A stretch of DNA of 64,000 nt. Source: Cycas panzhihuaensis. Taxonomy: Eukaryota > Plantae > Cycadophyta. The stretch is taken from assembly GCA_023213395.1 (NCBI GenBank), contig CM041465.1:80855741-80919740 (forward strand), in the 5' to 3' direction. The translations under genes and the position numbers were made by a program. This document shows, piece by piece, positions 50,101-64,000 of this stretch (its first letter is position 1; each line of letters opens with the position of its first letter). Under the pieces are notes generated by a model that was not told where the DNA came from, made no database searches, and saw only the letters and a program-made list of their open reading frames with translations.

Positions 50101-52380
50101 ACTTCAAATACCACATTTTCATAGCAAGTAAATTTATATCATAAGGGGATTTTGTGGGTCCTTTATCAGGCAGTACATGAGTAGAGAGAAGCTTATAAAA
50201 CCTATTACATTTTTCTCCCTTTGCTATTATAACACCATTCATTTTTATATCTAGAATGTAACAAAGGTCTTTCTCATCAAATACTGTTTTTTTAATCCTG
50301 GTACAAAGAATACATTACCTATCTGTTGAATATTTCCATTAATTTCTATGGAAATTTGGCCTATTCCCTTTATATGCAAAGGGAAATTATCCCCTAATTC
50401 TCTAGATTTGTCAAGATCATATGGTTTGATGATTTCAAACCATTCTTTAATTACTGTCATGTGATGTGAGGCTCCTAAATCAACATACCAATTTTCTAAA
50501 ATGTTGGCACTCGATGCTAATGCTACTATGAATGTTGTTTCAACTTCTTCTTCTATAATGTCTCATTCTCTATTGTAGTTTCCTATTACTTGCTTCCCCT
50601 TTTGAATTTTGGCCCTTCTCTAGTGACATTGGTATAGAAAGTGACCTGTCTGTCCACAATGGTAGCAAACATCAAAGGCTCTATAGCTTCTTGAAAATGG
50701 CAAGATTTACCACAATTGAAGCATACTCTTACATCATGTGGTGGATTAAGGATTGGTCTTCATCATCCCCTTCCTTCATTCCAATGACCTTCGTAGTCTG
50801 TTGTTATTCTTCCTCATGTCTTGGGATTATATTGTCCCCTTCCTCAACCTCCCAAGTGAAGTTTAGTCACAAGTGCTTCTTCAACCTCTAAGTCTTCTTC
50901 ATATCTCTAATTCCTTTGCTCCTAACTGAGCATTTGACCTGTAAGAACATCAAAGGTTATAGTAGTAATTTGGCCTTGTCTAGTCAATATGTTTACCATG
51001 TTATCAAATGACTTTGGTAATTTGTTGAGTATAAGATGCATTAATTTAGTGTCAGTTATTTTGTCTCTAGCTGTGAGGAGAGCAATTTTAATATTAGATA
51101 ATTTGGTTATAAAGTTTGATACAGTTTGACCTTCTTTCGTCTTGATCTTATAAAGTTCTTCTCTTAGAGTAATAATCCTGGCTTCATTTTTCTGACTAAA
51201 TGTAGAGGAAATTATTTTCTATATCTCATGAGTGCTTTCAACACCATCTACATAGACTAGCAAAGAATCAGAGATTGAAAGTTTAAGTATAGAAAGTGTA
51301 ATGCTGTTTCTTTCCTCCCAATTTAGTAAATCGACTATGTCAGAGGGTTGTTTTTCATCACCACTAATGATTTTCCAGGCATGCTTGGCTCTTAAGAGAC
51401 CTTCTATCTTGATTTTCTAAATATTGAAATTAATTTCAATTAATTTATTATTCTCAAATGAGGAATTAGCAGAGGAGGCCATGATTAACCACAAAATTTA
51501 ATTTCTGACAGGATTGTACGATATAGATGGTTGCATAGATTTTTGTGCAAAAATCAAAGTGTAAGGATAGGAAAAAATAAGATGCCAATTGATAAATCTT
51601 AAAAATGGGTGTTTAGATTTGAAGTTATTTTTCCAAAACTCTCTTAGGTCTAAGAGAAACAACACTGTCAATGTGCAAACCTGTACCTCTAGGATTTTGA
51701 GAAAATGATAAATAAACCCTCAAAACTGAGAAAAAACTCAACAAAATATGATCCAATCTCTTCAATTTATAATGAGAGAGAGTTTAGGTACTTAATACCT
51801 GGGATTCAAGTCATATTTTTGAGAAAATTTGAAGTGGAAGGCCTCCAAAACCATGTGCATATAAAACTAGCTAAAAGTCCCTTGAAATGGCTTTAAATGA
51901 CATTGGTCATGAAGAGAAAAATTTCAAGGGGATTCTGATCTATAATCTGGGTAAGTTTCGTGAGATTCTGACAACTTTGGTTTTTTGACGTCTATATAAT
52001 TTCGTACTCTATTTGTACTCAGCTCTATACACAGATCACAAACCTTTATATGAGACTTGGCTTGATGAATATCTCAGTTCTTCTTTGACTTACTTGACCC
52101 AATGCTCCTTTTGGTTATCAAAGACCTAATTCTCTCATATGCAGGGGAACTTCAACAACCTGCTCTGATACCATGTAAAAAGGATTCTCTCATGTGTCTT
52201 TATTAATCATTTACAAATGTATAAATACAATTCAAAGTGTACGGGACAAATGGAAACCACTTAATGAGATTGTGCCACTTGTCATTCTGGAGGAGAAAGG
52301 GGGCAATGATATATGACCCTTACAAGAAACTTTAAACAACATAGATAAAATATTACTCTAGACAAAACATTACTTTTACA
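47155..52380 (-). mobile_element. Element H: full-length decayed Ty1/copia retrotransposon
   Basis: LTRs at 47155-47362 and 52174-52380. PBS gctctgatacca at 52162-52173. PPT gcccctcttaa from 47363. Perfect TSD TTAGT. Confidence 0.95.
47400..51482 (-). pseudogene. Element H gag-pol
   Basis: Gag start MASSANSSFENNKL, knuckle CYHCGQTGHFLYQC, protease WYVDLGASHHMT, integrase ORFs at 49232-49834, RT MDVKSAFLNGDLQEEVY...LYGLKQAPRAW...YVDD, RNase H tail DVFTKP. Confidence 0.93.
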
Positions 52381-53518
52381 TTAGTTACTATGAGCTTTAA
52401 ATCCATTAGGATGCTACTAGCTATTCTTTTGAAGCATTTTATTCTCATCTTCTTTAGTTTTCCTACTTTTCAACAAGCTTCTTTCCTCATTTTTTCCATG
52501 CTTACCTTCTATCTTTATGTTTGAATAATTTGATAGCGAATTAAGTATGTAAATATAAGGCAAATATCCTTTTGAGATATACATTTTTTTTATTTATAGT
52601 TGTCTTTCATTTTCACTGATAGATTTAGTTGATTTGTATATTTGCTTCCCAACATTCCACTAACCATCATCCATTCTTCTTTCTAACATTTGATGTTCAT
52701 AAAGTTTTCAATCTTGTTAATAACACTCTTGTTTTTAAGTGGATTCCAATATAATACCCACATATTATTTGGTTTCTTATGTGATTTAACTAACCCTTTC
52801 ATATAGATTTTCTATATCTTGTCTAGGTCTAGGATTACTTGGTCTTCCTACTCCTAATATTTACTTCCATTTCTAATTTATTAGCTTTCTTCATTTTGAG
52901 AAATTTCACTAGTGAAACATAAATGTTGCCAAAATTTATCAATTTTAATAAGTTTAAGTATTCTATAATTATGTATTTTTTTAAGATTTAACATATTTTC
53001 ACTCTTTTTTTCTTTTAAGAAATTATCTAAGTGCAACAAAAATACTACCAAAATTTCTATATAAACTCTTTGTTCAATTTGATTTTAAAGCATCTATAAG
53101 CATCTTTTAGTTCTTTTTAATACCTTTTATTTTGAAAAATATTGTAGGCGCAATAAAATTATTACCAAAAAATCCTAAATTCTTAGATGCTTAAGATTTG
53201 TTTTATCATGTTTTACTCTTTTATATCACTAGACTTACATGTTTATACATCAAATCTATAATCTAGCAAATATTTTATAGATTTTGAGAACTCTTTTACT
53301 TATTTTTTTTATAGAAAGATATTTAAGTATATAAGGGGCATGCTATCCAATTTTCTTAGGGGTTTCTTTCTAACCTTTTGAGATTTGCTTTGGGCCAATT
53401 CATTTTATTAGTTTTAGTTTATCTTTACTTAATTCATTTATATCATCATATCTTATTCTCTTTTGTGCTAACTTTTATGGAGACCAAAGAGGAGTGTAAT
53501 TAAAATGTATAGTAACAA

Positions 53519-53559
<41 letters not shown>
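53519..53559. repeat. (AAT)n microsatellite
   Basis: Read directly from the sequence. Confidence 0.95.
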
Positions 53560-53564
<5 letters not shown>

Positions 53565-55212
53565 CAAATAAATAAAGAGTAAGTGAAGGTTCACCTAACT
53601 TTTATTTACACCTCCTACTACTTGATTACTTGCTTATTACCTCTTTTGTTCAAAAGAGGAAAGAAGGTGTTTATCTCAATTTTTAGGTTAGAAATAATTA
53701 CAAGTGTAAGTGAAAGTCATTACAATATCTACTTGTGTATGTTGTTTGACTATTTGCTTCTTCTCATTCATCACTTAGTTTGATTATCCTTTTATCATAC
53801 GTTTTTTGTTATTTTTTATGAAATCCAAAGTTCATATAATTGCATTTAATATTTGATATTTGTTCTCTTTAGATCTACTTAGGTACACACCTAGTAGAGG
53901 AGGGGTTAGTATGCCAAACCTTATCCACCAGTTATAGCTAGTCTTATACTCAAGATGATGGCTTCATAATCACTTTTGACTGAGAGATATAATATATGAC
54001 TATCCCTTAATTACATATGACCATTAGAACTAAGGTAGCACCTTGGTCTTTTATTAAGACTTGGTTTCTTCTTTCTCTTATTTTTCTCTAGAGATAGGCT
54101 ATCTAGAGTTGGATGTGAGAAATGATAAGCCTTTAACATTCATGGGTGGATTAAGTAATAGTACAAGTCCCTAAATAGTTGACCACTAGAGAGGTTATTA
54201 ATCTAGAGTCTAACTTATTTGTATCTTTCTCCCCATTAGTCCCTTTTTTTCTCAAGTTATTATTTAAGAGGTCCACCTGTGTATGATGTAGTTGGCTTTT
54301 GGTTAGGGTAGGTTATGCCTTTACCTTTTTTTCTCCTTTTGGGTGGGGGTTGCGTATGTGTAGGGTATGGGGGACAGGTGTGGGGGTGAGGCAACAGAGA
54401 AGGAATACTTTGATGATTAGGCCCTAGGATAACAACTAACTCTAGGATGTATACACCTTGATAACCCTTCTAATTCTCAAGATATTTTTTTATTTGTTAT
54501 AAGCCTCTCTTGAGAGGATTAGTTAGATGTATTACATACTTGTTAACTATTTCCTTCATCATGTTATGTAGTCCTAGTTTACAGTTAGAGTATGAGGGTG
54601 TTCGATCCTATAGCACTTTAAACTAGGTCAAATCATGTCACCTTAACATAGGCATCTATCATATATATGTACTTATTTAGCTCCTTATGTTTTTTAGAGG
54701 GGAGTACTTGAGTCCTCTAAATCTTCCATGGCCTCCTCTCTTAAGACTTCTTTTCATTGTCTAGTAGGGATTCAATTCTTTCTTTAGGGGAATAGAGAAA
54801 GGTTCAGAAAGGCTTTAGGATTCTATTATAAGCTATATTAGATGGCACCTAACAAAAGTAATAACATATGTGTATATCAACTAATACATTAATAGAAACC
54901 TAGTACCTTCTATTAAGAGAAAGGTACTTAGAAGGCTAACTTATAACTTTTGTTTCTACTTTATTTATTGCACATCTTATATGTCAACTAAGAAAGTACC
55001 AAACTCAAAAGGGAATCTTAAAAAATTTAAATATGTCACAAAGCCCATGATAATAAATAGAAAACAATGTTAGCAGTCTAATAATTTAGTATAATATTAT
55101 ATATAAAAAATCAAAGTATTGATTAGATGATGAATAATGTAAATACAGATGTTTAAACCTCTTCGAGGTGAGGGATAATTTAGGAATTGAAGCATCACAA
55201 CAAATGTTAGTC

Positions 55213-55215
<3 letters not shown>

Positions 55216-55261
<46 letters not shown>
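55216..55261. repeat. (TAA)n microsatellite
   Basis: Read directly from the sequence. Confidence 0.95.
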
Positions 55262-56344
55262 CCAAATTGATCTTAATATTTGAGCACTCTCATATATATA
55301 TTCATTCGATTAGGGCCTATTGGGGTTGACTTCTATGAAGATAGTGATGATATATTTAGGCTTGTAATAATTTTACTCTTCTTAAGATACTTCACCCTTG
55401 AAATATAGTCATATGAGAAGAATTGATGAAGTTTGTAAGCCATATATAGATCTATAAACTTGTTCCTTTCCTTAAGAAACTTCACTTACAAAATGTAGGA
55501 GAGGCATCATACATCTTCAACTTATTGCCCACTAAAGCTACAATATCAAAGGGATTTAGTTTGCTTTTATACCTTCTTCTAGAAGCAACTAATATTCATC
55601 TCCTTCTCATTTATGATAATGCCTTATCTAGGATGACTTATGTATAGAATTTTATATTTAAATGATCTTAGGATTTATTTATTATGAATTCAACTTATTT
55701 GAGGTCCTATGTATTATCTATATATTTTATCCAAGGGAAGTTATCTTTAAAAGGGGAAATTATCTTAGGGACAAAGAGATGAAATAAGTGTGAACAAGGA
55801 GTATAAATTTCATGGTATAGTTTCCCTATCCTAGTTATGAAATGATTAGAAAGGGATAGTGAGGACAAAGGAGTAGGTCATGAGATTTAAATTGATGGGT
55901 ATAGAGTGAATTTCATATAGATATAGGGATTATTGAGGGATACAAGCGAGTGGTGTTCTAATCATAGATATGATATGTGAGGATTGGTAGAGAGACAAGA
56001 GAATAAGGAGGAGGATGTAGATGAAGGAAATGATTTGGGGGTAAGCAATAAGAGGAATATAGAAAATAATAAATAATAGGGTCTATATGATAAGAAATAA
56101 GACTAGGGGTATAACATAGGTTCCCATTATAGGTATGGCATATATAAGAAGGATGTTCAAGGAGTGGACGATGAGAGGATAGATTTAGATTATGAATAAG
56201 ATAAGTGAAATGAGCATATAATGGAAATGTATAGAGAACAAGGGTAAAAATGACCATGAGAATCTATACATACTTAAGCTTGCCTTAATGCCATGTGAAT
56301 TCTTACCATATCTTTGTATCTTTAGCATAATAAGCATTACACCA

Positions 56345-59300
56345 AATTAGATGATAAATGCATAGAAAACATTAGTTTATGTGGAAAACATTTTTTGGAA
56401 AAAAATCTACACTCAAAAGATGGATGATTGACTAGAAATACTAATGGATATATTAAAAATTATTAGGTGATTAAAACTTGAATGATTGGATTATATTTAA
56501 CCCTTTTTTATATGACCCCAAAGTGTATGCCCAACTAAGAGTTATAAATCTTTGAATAGTTTTTAGACTCTTCCAAAAGTTTATGTCTTCTAAATGACAT
56601 CCTTGACTCTACTCAAGACCACACAAAACATTAAAAGTTACCATGTGTTAACCTTTAATTGTGTTTATTAACATCCCCTCTTAATGCAAATATAGGATTC
56701 AAGACTTAATGTATAATTAAAGATCAACTTGATATCTTATCAGGACAACTTATAAGGAAAACTTTCAATCTCACACACATAAACTTAAAATAAGGAAGAT
56801 CCAAAGAATAGGGAAAGTTATTTTATTTCTAATTATATTTCATTATATTCAATCTATTAAGAGACAATCTAAAATTATATTTATATAAGTAAAAGTCGGA
56901 AGTCTAAAATATTCTAACGTTAACCATAAAAAGTTCTTAATTACCTAAAATATTAAATAAAACCATGCTTTTAAGTTAAGTCCTACTAAAAAATTAGACC
57001 ACTAAGGATTATTACATAAAAATAAAAACTAGTCTAAAATTAACAACTAATTTTAAACATACAAAATAAATCTCAAATTTTAGGCATTTTTAAAGCATTT
57101 TTTTGGATGAAAAATTAAGAGGCCTATAATGGGGCCTTTAGCTTAGTCATAAGCTAGTTTGATATATTCTACTCAGATAGACTTTCAAGTTGGTATAAAA
57201 ATTAGATTTTGACTCAAAGTAAAATGTTATGCTTTAATTAGTAGACCCTAAAATTTAGAAGAAAAAGACTAAAAAAGTAAAAAGTGGATTAAGTTATGAT
57301 GGAGGTCTAAATGCTCCTATATCATCCTCTCCAAGTTTAAAAGAAATTTACCCTTATGAGTTATTATGATAAAGTTCCTACCATGTGTCAAGACTTAACT
57401 ACTTTAGCTCTTCTTTAATGATCCAAGTGTTGTCTACTTCTCAAAGGTGTTTCCACTACGCTAGGTACCTATTATAATTTCCCTATTGTGTGATCATTAT
57501 CTTCATATCTAGCACCTACTCAATTTCTTCTAACTTCTTCCTTGGTATTTAGGACTCCCAACTTGCCACTTCACCTTCATAATCTACCTCTTCATCTCCT
57601 TCATGATATGCATATAGATCTAAAATATTAAAAATTCAAGAGATATTAAAGTGTTCAAGTAGATTCACCTCATACGTATTATCATTGATCCTTTTTGTAA
57701 CCCAACATGGTCCAACCTTTTTATATCTGTGCTTGTTATAGGTCCCTTAGGGAAATTTATCTTTCGTTTAAGTAAACCATCACTAAGTCACCTTCTTCAA
57801 ATACCTTATCTTTGTAGATCATGTTTGTTGCTTCCTTCTATATTTATTATTATCCTATAACATTTTTCTCACCTCCTCATGAACCTATTTTATATGCTTT
57901 ACAAAAGCTTTTACATCATCACTTATTTTTTTGTAATGGGAAGGTGTATTGAATCTAGTACACCCTTAGGGCTTCTATAATACATAACCTAAAAAGATGA
58001 CTTACTTGTTGACTTGTTCATATAATTATTATATATAAATTCCACCTAGGCCAATGCCAAATCCCATTCTTTAGGCTTCTCCCTAACTATGAATTTTAGC
58101 AAGTTTCCCAAACTTCTATTCACTACTTTAGTTTACCCATTAGTTTGTGGATGGTAGGTACTACTAAACTAGAGTATTATTCCCAACATATTTTATAGAG
58201 TCTTCTAGAAATAGTTTAAGAACTTTATGGCTTGATCCAAAGTGATAGTCTCTAAAATGCCATACAACCTTGCAACCTCTTTAAAGAATAAATCTGCTAT
58301 CCTAATTGTATCATTTATCCTCTTGCATGCAATAAAATGAATCATTTAAAAAAAATGACCAACAATGATAAAACTTGAATCATTATCTCTTTGTGTATAT
58401 GGTAATACTAAAATGAAGTCCATGCTCAAGTCTATCTATGGCCCTTTAGGTATTATTAAGAGGATATATAAGCCAATATTTATGCATGTACCTTATCCAT
58501 CTGGCTTATCCTATAGTGTGCCATATATCTTTCTATAAGGCCAAAAACACTTTTGTTCTACTAAAGTTATGGTCTTATTTCAATCAAAATATCCTCTAAA
58601 ACCTCTACTATATAACTCTTATATGATGTTCTCTCTTATAGAGCCCATTGGGATGCATAACTATCTTACCTTAAATAGGTAGTCATCCTGTATAAAGTAA
58701 TCATTACATAAATAACCACATCCCTTAATTAGAGGATTCTTACGATGCTTAATTATTATTCCAAAGTCAAGGTCTAAGTCATACAAATCCTTAATGGTTT
58801 TAAATCCTACCACCTTATTTGCCATGATGGTCAATAATGCCACTCACCTACTTAATACATCAGTAATAAGATTCTATTTTCCTGATTTATGCTTCAAAAC
58901 AAATGTAACATTTTGTAGAAAAGACACTCACTTAGCATGCCCAACATTTAACTTCCCTTATGTATTTACATACCTCAAGCCTTAGTGATTAATGGATAAG
59001 AAAAATTCCTTAGGTATGAGATAATGCCTCTAATGCTTCAAAGTTTAGATAATCACATAAAATTTCAATTCATAAGTTAAATACCTTCTTCCTATCTCAT
59101 TGAGATTCTCACTATAAAATGTTAGAGGTCTTCTTTCTTGCTTGAGCATTACTCTAACTATAACATATGCAACATCACAATCGACCTCAAATACTTTTCC
59201 AAAGTTTAGCAATGTGAGCATAGGTGACTTGATTACCTTTTGCTTTAAAAGTTGGAAATTATTCCTTGCTTTTTTAGTCCATTTCAGCTTCTTACCCTTC

Positions 59301-62300
59301 ATGTAATCTATTAAGGGTACAATAATTCCACTAAAGTTCTTAATGAACTTTCTATAAAATTAAGATAGACTGAAAACTTCTTACCTCTATAATAGTCTTA
59401 GGTGTTGGCCACTCAATAATTATCCTAATCTTCTCCTCATCCATTCATAATCCCTCTTGTGAAATAAAAAAGCCCATAGATATTAGGCTCCTTTGTATAA
59501 ACTTACATTTCTCTATATTTGTATACAACTTCTCTCTCCTTAACACTTCAATTACCATCCTTAAGTGTATTAAGTGCTCCTTAGTCTTACTAAAAATAAT
59601 AATGCCATTAAAATATACAACTACAAACTTATTAATAAATAGTCATATCATAGTATTCATTAATATCATGAATATGCTTAGGGCATTTGACATCCCAAAT
59701 GGCATGACTAACCATTCATAAAATCCATCCCTTATCTCAAAGGCTACTAGCCTTTTCACTTATTCCCTTCATAAATTTAGATTTAATAATACCCACTCTT
59801 GAGGGCAATCATTTTAAAGTAAGACACATCTACTAATACAACTAGCATTTCATCCATATGAGGTATGAGAAACTTGTATTTAATTATTATCTTGTTGATT
59901 AATTTAGAATCAATACATATTTTTCATGAACCATCTTTCTTTAGAGTGACTAATTTTGGAACTTCATAGGGACTTAAGATATCTCTTATCAGTGCCTTCT
60001 ATACCAATTTGCTAACTTATTAATTTAACGTTTCATTCTCCAGTGGGCTTAACTGATAAGCTACTTGGTTTGGTAAACTTAACCCTAGGATTAGGTCAAT
60101 TTGATGTTGAATATCTCTCATGGGTGGTAAGCCATCAGTGAACTCATCTAGCATAATGTCACTATACTCCTCAAATAACCCTACTACCTCTCTTCACATC
60201 TTTGTATTATCCTCCTCTATTTGTCTTGCCATCAAGGTAGAATAAGTGCCAAGCTCTTATACATATTTCATAATTTTTTTAGTAGTTAACATGATTTCCA
60301 CATGCCCTTCTTTCATACATGGTAATTACTGCACCTCTACACCATTATTGTAGAATGTATAGGTATTATTCTTTCCATCATGAAAGGTTTTCCTATCGTA
60401 CTACCATGGTCTTCCTAATAATAGATAGTATGCATCTATTAAGATCACACCACACCATGTCTTATCTTGATATAAATTTTCAATGTTAAATTTAACCAAG
60501 CATCTTTTATCAATAGTCACCTTATTTTCTTTTTTAAACTAAGACATGTATGGATGTGGACGTGCTTCACAACTTAGTCCTAACTTTTTTACCATTTCAT
60601 TAGACACCATATTCTCATAGCTACCACCATCAGTTATAACTTTACATACCTTTCTTCTTGTGGTATATTTTATTCTAAAAATATTAGTTCATAACCATGA
60701 GTCATTGTACATCTTTATCTCCTTTATTTTATATGGATTATCATCTTGGTACTATCATGTTTCTATAAAGCATAGATGTCTCATCTTTATCTACTATGAC
60801 TCATTTATTACATTCTTTAGTTTAGGCTAAGTTTATACTTGGATGCTCTTCTAGCTTCTAGGATATAGTGATGAGGGTATTCAAGTGCTCTATATCCTTA
60901 TTCCCTATATTTAAAATAAACAAAAGGTCTCCTTTAACCTCTTCCACCACTAAAATTTCTACCTCATTTGGCTCTTAATAATCCTCTTCCCTTGAGTTAG
61001 TTTTATGTTCCTCTTATTCCTTGTATTTTATCTTCCCTCTCTCTTTCTTATCCTTTTATCTTATTGGATGATTCTCCCCTCACATAAGGGATTCCTCCTC
61101 TACCTCTATACAAAGGTGATAAACCTCTTCTCATTATAGAAGGCCTTTGAGTAGCATACCTATTTACTTCTCTTCTACCTTTAATCCTAATTGATATTTA
61201 TCTTTCATGCTTTTAACTATATGCATGCTAAGTTCATCTTAAATTGAAAACTTTAAACCATTTACACACTTTACAATGACTTGTTTATATGTCTCCCTGT
61301 GCTTTACATGAATGAAAATCTTATAAAACTCATCTATGTAATCTTGTAGTATCATTTCTTTCTACTTTAAGTTATGAAACTTTCAAAATAGGGTCTGAGA
61401 ATAATCGACTGGTAAAAACTGCTTTGTCAACTTCTTAACCATTTTGGTCTATATTTTGATCTTTTCTTTTCCTTTCTTCAACCTCTCATTCTACAGGCAA
61501 TCATACTAAATAGTTAAATATCTATTTAACTTCATACATATAAGCTTCACCTTCTTTTCTTCAATTATGCCCTTATATTTAAAGAACTTCTCCATAGCAT
61601 TTAGCTAATCTACTATATCCTCTAGTTTTAAACTCCCCTAGTAGTTTAGAATGTTAATCTTGATTCCATCACTCTTATCTTTGAGCTCTTTTAAGAATAC
61701 GTTTTCCATTATTTATAGTTCTTATTGCTCACCATCTTTTGATCTTGCACCATTGTCATTTAATGCCTCTTCTTCACTAGTATTTCTTTCATGAGTTTAT
61801 CTTAATATTGTGGTAGCAAGTTATTCCATCCTCTTATGTAGCTCTTATAGGTTTCTATTTATTTTAGCATAGTTTGTTCTTCCTCCTCTTCTTACCATTT
61901 TTTATTACTCTTCCCCTTAACTACTTTGGGTTCTACAACTTCACTTGTAATCTTTCTACAAGGCTCTTAAGCTTTAATGAGTACTTCTTTGTCATTTTAA
62001 CAAGAATACTTTACCACCTCTATAGTTTTTTCAATAAATATCCACCACAACACATCAAACTTTTGTCATTTTTCTTTAACCATAAAGTTGAACCACGCCT
62101 TGATACCAAATGATGAGGATAGAATGTAAGGAAAATATTCAATCTCACATGCATAAAATTAAAATAAGGAAAAGCTAAATAATAAGGAGAGTCATTTCAC
62201 TTTTAATTTTATTCCATTCTATTCAATCCGCCAAAATACAATATAAAATTATATTTATATAAGTTAAAGTAGATAGCCCAAAAGCTTTTAACCTTAACCC

Positions 62301-63204
62301 TAAAAACTCCTTAAATACCAAAAATATTAAATAAAACCACACTCCTAAGTTAAGACCTACTAAAAAACTAAACCATTGAGGACTATCACATAAAGTAAAA
62401 ACTAGTCTAAAATTAATCACTATTTTTAGACATATAAAATACATCTATTTTTTTTAGCATTTGAAGCATTTTTTTGCTAAAAACTTGTGGGCCCATAATA
62501 GGGCCTTTAGCCTAGTCATAGATTATTTTGATTTGTTCTACTCAGATATACCTTTGAGTTAGTGCAAGAATGATTGAATTCTGACCATCAAGTAAAAATT
62601 TATCCTTTAATTAGTAGACCCTAAAATTTAGAAGAAAAAGACTAAAAAAGTGAAAAGTAGATTAATTTATGATGAAGGCCTGGACACTCTTGCATTAGTA
62701 TCATAGTCTAATAATCTTCAACATGAGTGAGAGTTGACCTTATAGATTCATCCTACCTTAAGGGCAAACCTTGTGTAAGCCTAATATAATATAAATTCTT
62801 CTAGAATAATCTTTAATAAGCAACTTTGTGAATATATTTACTAATGATTTATCACTTATATAATCTTCCACATTTAACTTCTATACTTTGACCATCTCCT
62901 ACATATAATGGTGTTGTACTTTAACATATTTAGTTTGATTATGAAACTCAAGTTTCTTTAATACTTGATTAGTACTTTAATTATCAATAAATATAGTCAT
63001 TGCACTTATTCAAATATTAAGAACATATAACTTCAACTAAACTACATCACGAGCACTGAATGAGAGTCCTTGGTATGATGCCTTAGTAAAAGATAATATA
63101 ACAAATTCTTATTTCTTTGATTACCAAGAAACTTATCCACCATTAAGACCAAATATATATCTTACAATAAAACTTTTATTATTGGAGTTACCACCCTAAT
63201 TAGT
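56345..63204 (-). mobile_element. Element J: 3' part of a copia element (LTR, PPT, RNase H), split by I and cut by K
   Basis: LTR-like block ending ttattaaca at 56673, then PPT tcccctcttaa. RNase H at 62800-63204 (YIFGLNGG.VSW.SKK, FHNQTKYVKVQHHY, LVNIFTK). The left boundary is approximate and the partner LTR is not in the window. Confidence 0.6.
56737..62697 (-). mobile_element. Element I: full-length decayed Ty3/gypsy element, CRM-like
   Basis: LTRs of ~587 bp at 56737-57324 and 62111-62697, with TGATG...CAT(C/T)A termini. PBS gccttgatacca at 62097-62108. TSD ATATC/GTATC. Gag LNAMEKFFKY...KQFLPVDYSQ, protease [33 protein letters not shown], RNase H FEVDCDVA, integrase STYHPQTNG. Confidence 0.9.
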
Positions 63205-64000
63205 TGTTAGAAATAAGGTGCGAAGCCAATATAAACCCAATAATAAACAAAAAGTATTAAGTGAAATAATAATAAAATAAAGCATAAAAAGAATAAAGTA
63301 TTCATAATTTAATATAAGGAAGGGCTAAACTTTAAATTATATAAAGATGATATACATACTTACAATAAATCTCACAACATATGTGAGAACCTTTACTGAT
63401 AAACTATTATGTGTTGTCACATATTTCTATATGGTACACAACTCAAGATGATATACAATATAATATACAATAAATAAATAAGAGAGAGTAAATGGGATTA
63501 ATCATGTGATTGGATATTACATCCAACATTCCCCCCTATAATAGATAATTATATAAAAATATCATACCAAATAAAAAATATAAGTCTTTAAATTTATTAG
63601 AATAAGTTGTTATAAATAAGATAAACTATTATTGATATCTATATGAAATGAACTCCATCCACCAGACCACATGGGTAATTAACCACTATGACTTCTAGCT
63701 AGTTAGGATGCTTTTTTGTATACATGGTACAATCAGTGCTAAGTCAGCTCCACCCTAGGAATAGACCATCCTACATGTATGAACAAGTAAGTTGAAGAAT
63801 AATACAAGAGTAACATAAATAAAGGGGTCCCACCTCTTAATAATATAGAACAATAAAGTGGCTCTTTGACATCTATGGATAGAAATATATGATAAATGGC
63901 CCTATAGCCTCTCATGCTTTAATGGGTTTACAAGCATACCTCTAAAGACTTAAAAATACCCTAATAGACTATAAATACCTCTACGAATTCCTAATTGCCT
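63205..64000 (-). mobile_element. Element K: 3' LTR (63205-63528), PPT and 3' internal region of an F-related element, continuing beyond the window
   Basis: The reverse complement begins tgttggatgtaatatccaat (F: tgttaggtgtaatacccaat), with PPT tataggggggaa. Internal tgattgtaccatgtatacaaa and gtggatggagttcatttcatatag match F at 13788-13885. Confidence 0.75.

Noticed and set aside
53143-54854. Candidate long solo LTR (tgtaggcgc...gcacctaaca)
   Set aside because: The flanks AATAT/AAAGT are not a convincing TSD and there is no second copy in the window.
55480-56341. Possible gypsy 3' end (PPT-like aaaaggggaaat, then an LTR-like purine-rich tract) and ORF 55958-56257
   Set aside because: No partner LTR or clear protein motif. 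The ORF reflects compositional bias.

Overview
AT-rich plant intergenic DNA made almost entirely of decayed, nested mobile elements. The element types suggest a gymnosperm, and the heavy C>T/G>A decay in non-CG contexts recalls very GC-poor genomes such as Welwitschia, but that is inference only. I found no intact host gene. LTR pairs, tRNA-Met primer-binding sites (PBS), polypurine tracts (PPT) and 5-bp target-site duplications (TSD) resolve one deep nest: LINE (350-805 + 30846-31360) > Ty3/gypsy chromovirus A (806-30845) > gypsy B (4077-19761) > copia-like C (7085-18175) > non-autonomous F (7567-14300). Copia E (21819-29291) also sits in A. An endogenous caulimovirid (31370-32267 + 43457-46330) is split by copia D2 (32268-43456), which holds copia G (33947-41158). 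Further right are copia H (47155-52380), copia J split by CRM-like gypsy I (56737-62697), and K, a relative of F, running off the window end. The main result is that three successively nested, pol-deleted LTR elements each carry captured host-gene sequence. F has an in-frame, intron-less chimera of NADH-glutamate synthase and a BSL kelch phosphatase joined at a microhomology. C has an almost full-length NDR1/HIN1-like (LEA_2) gene plus exon-like pieces. B has a DUF674 exon ending at a splice donor. Protein identities come from manual translation and recalled family motifs, so database confirmation is needed, and internal domain coordinates are approximate.
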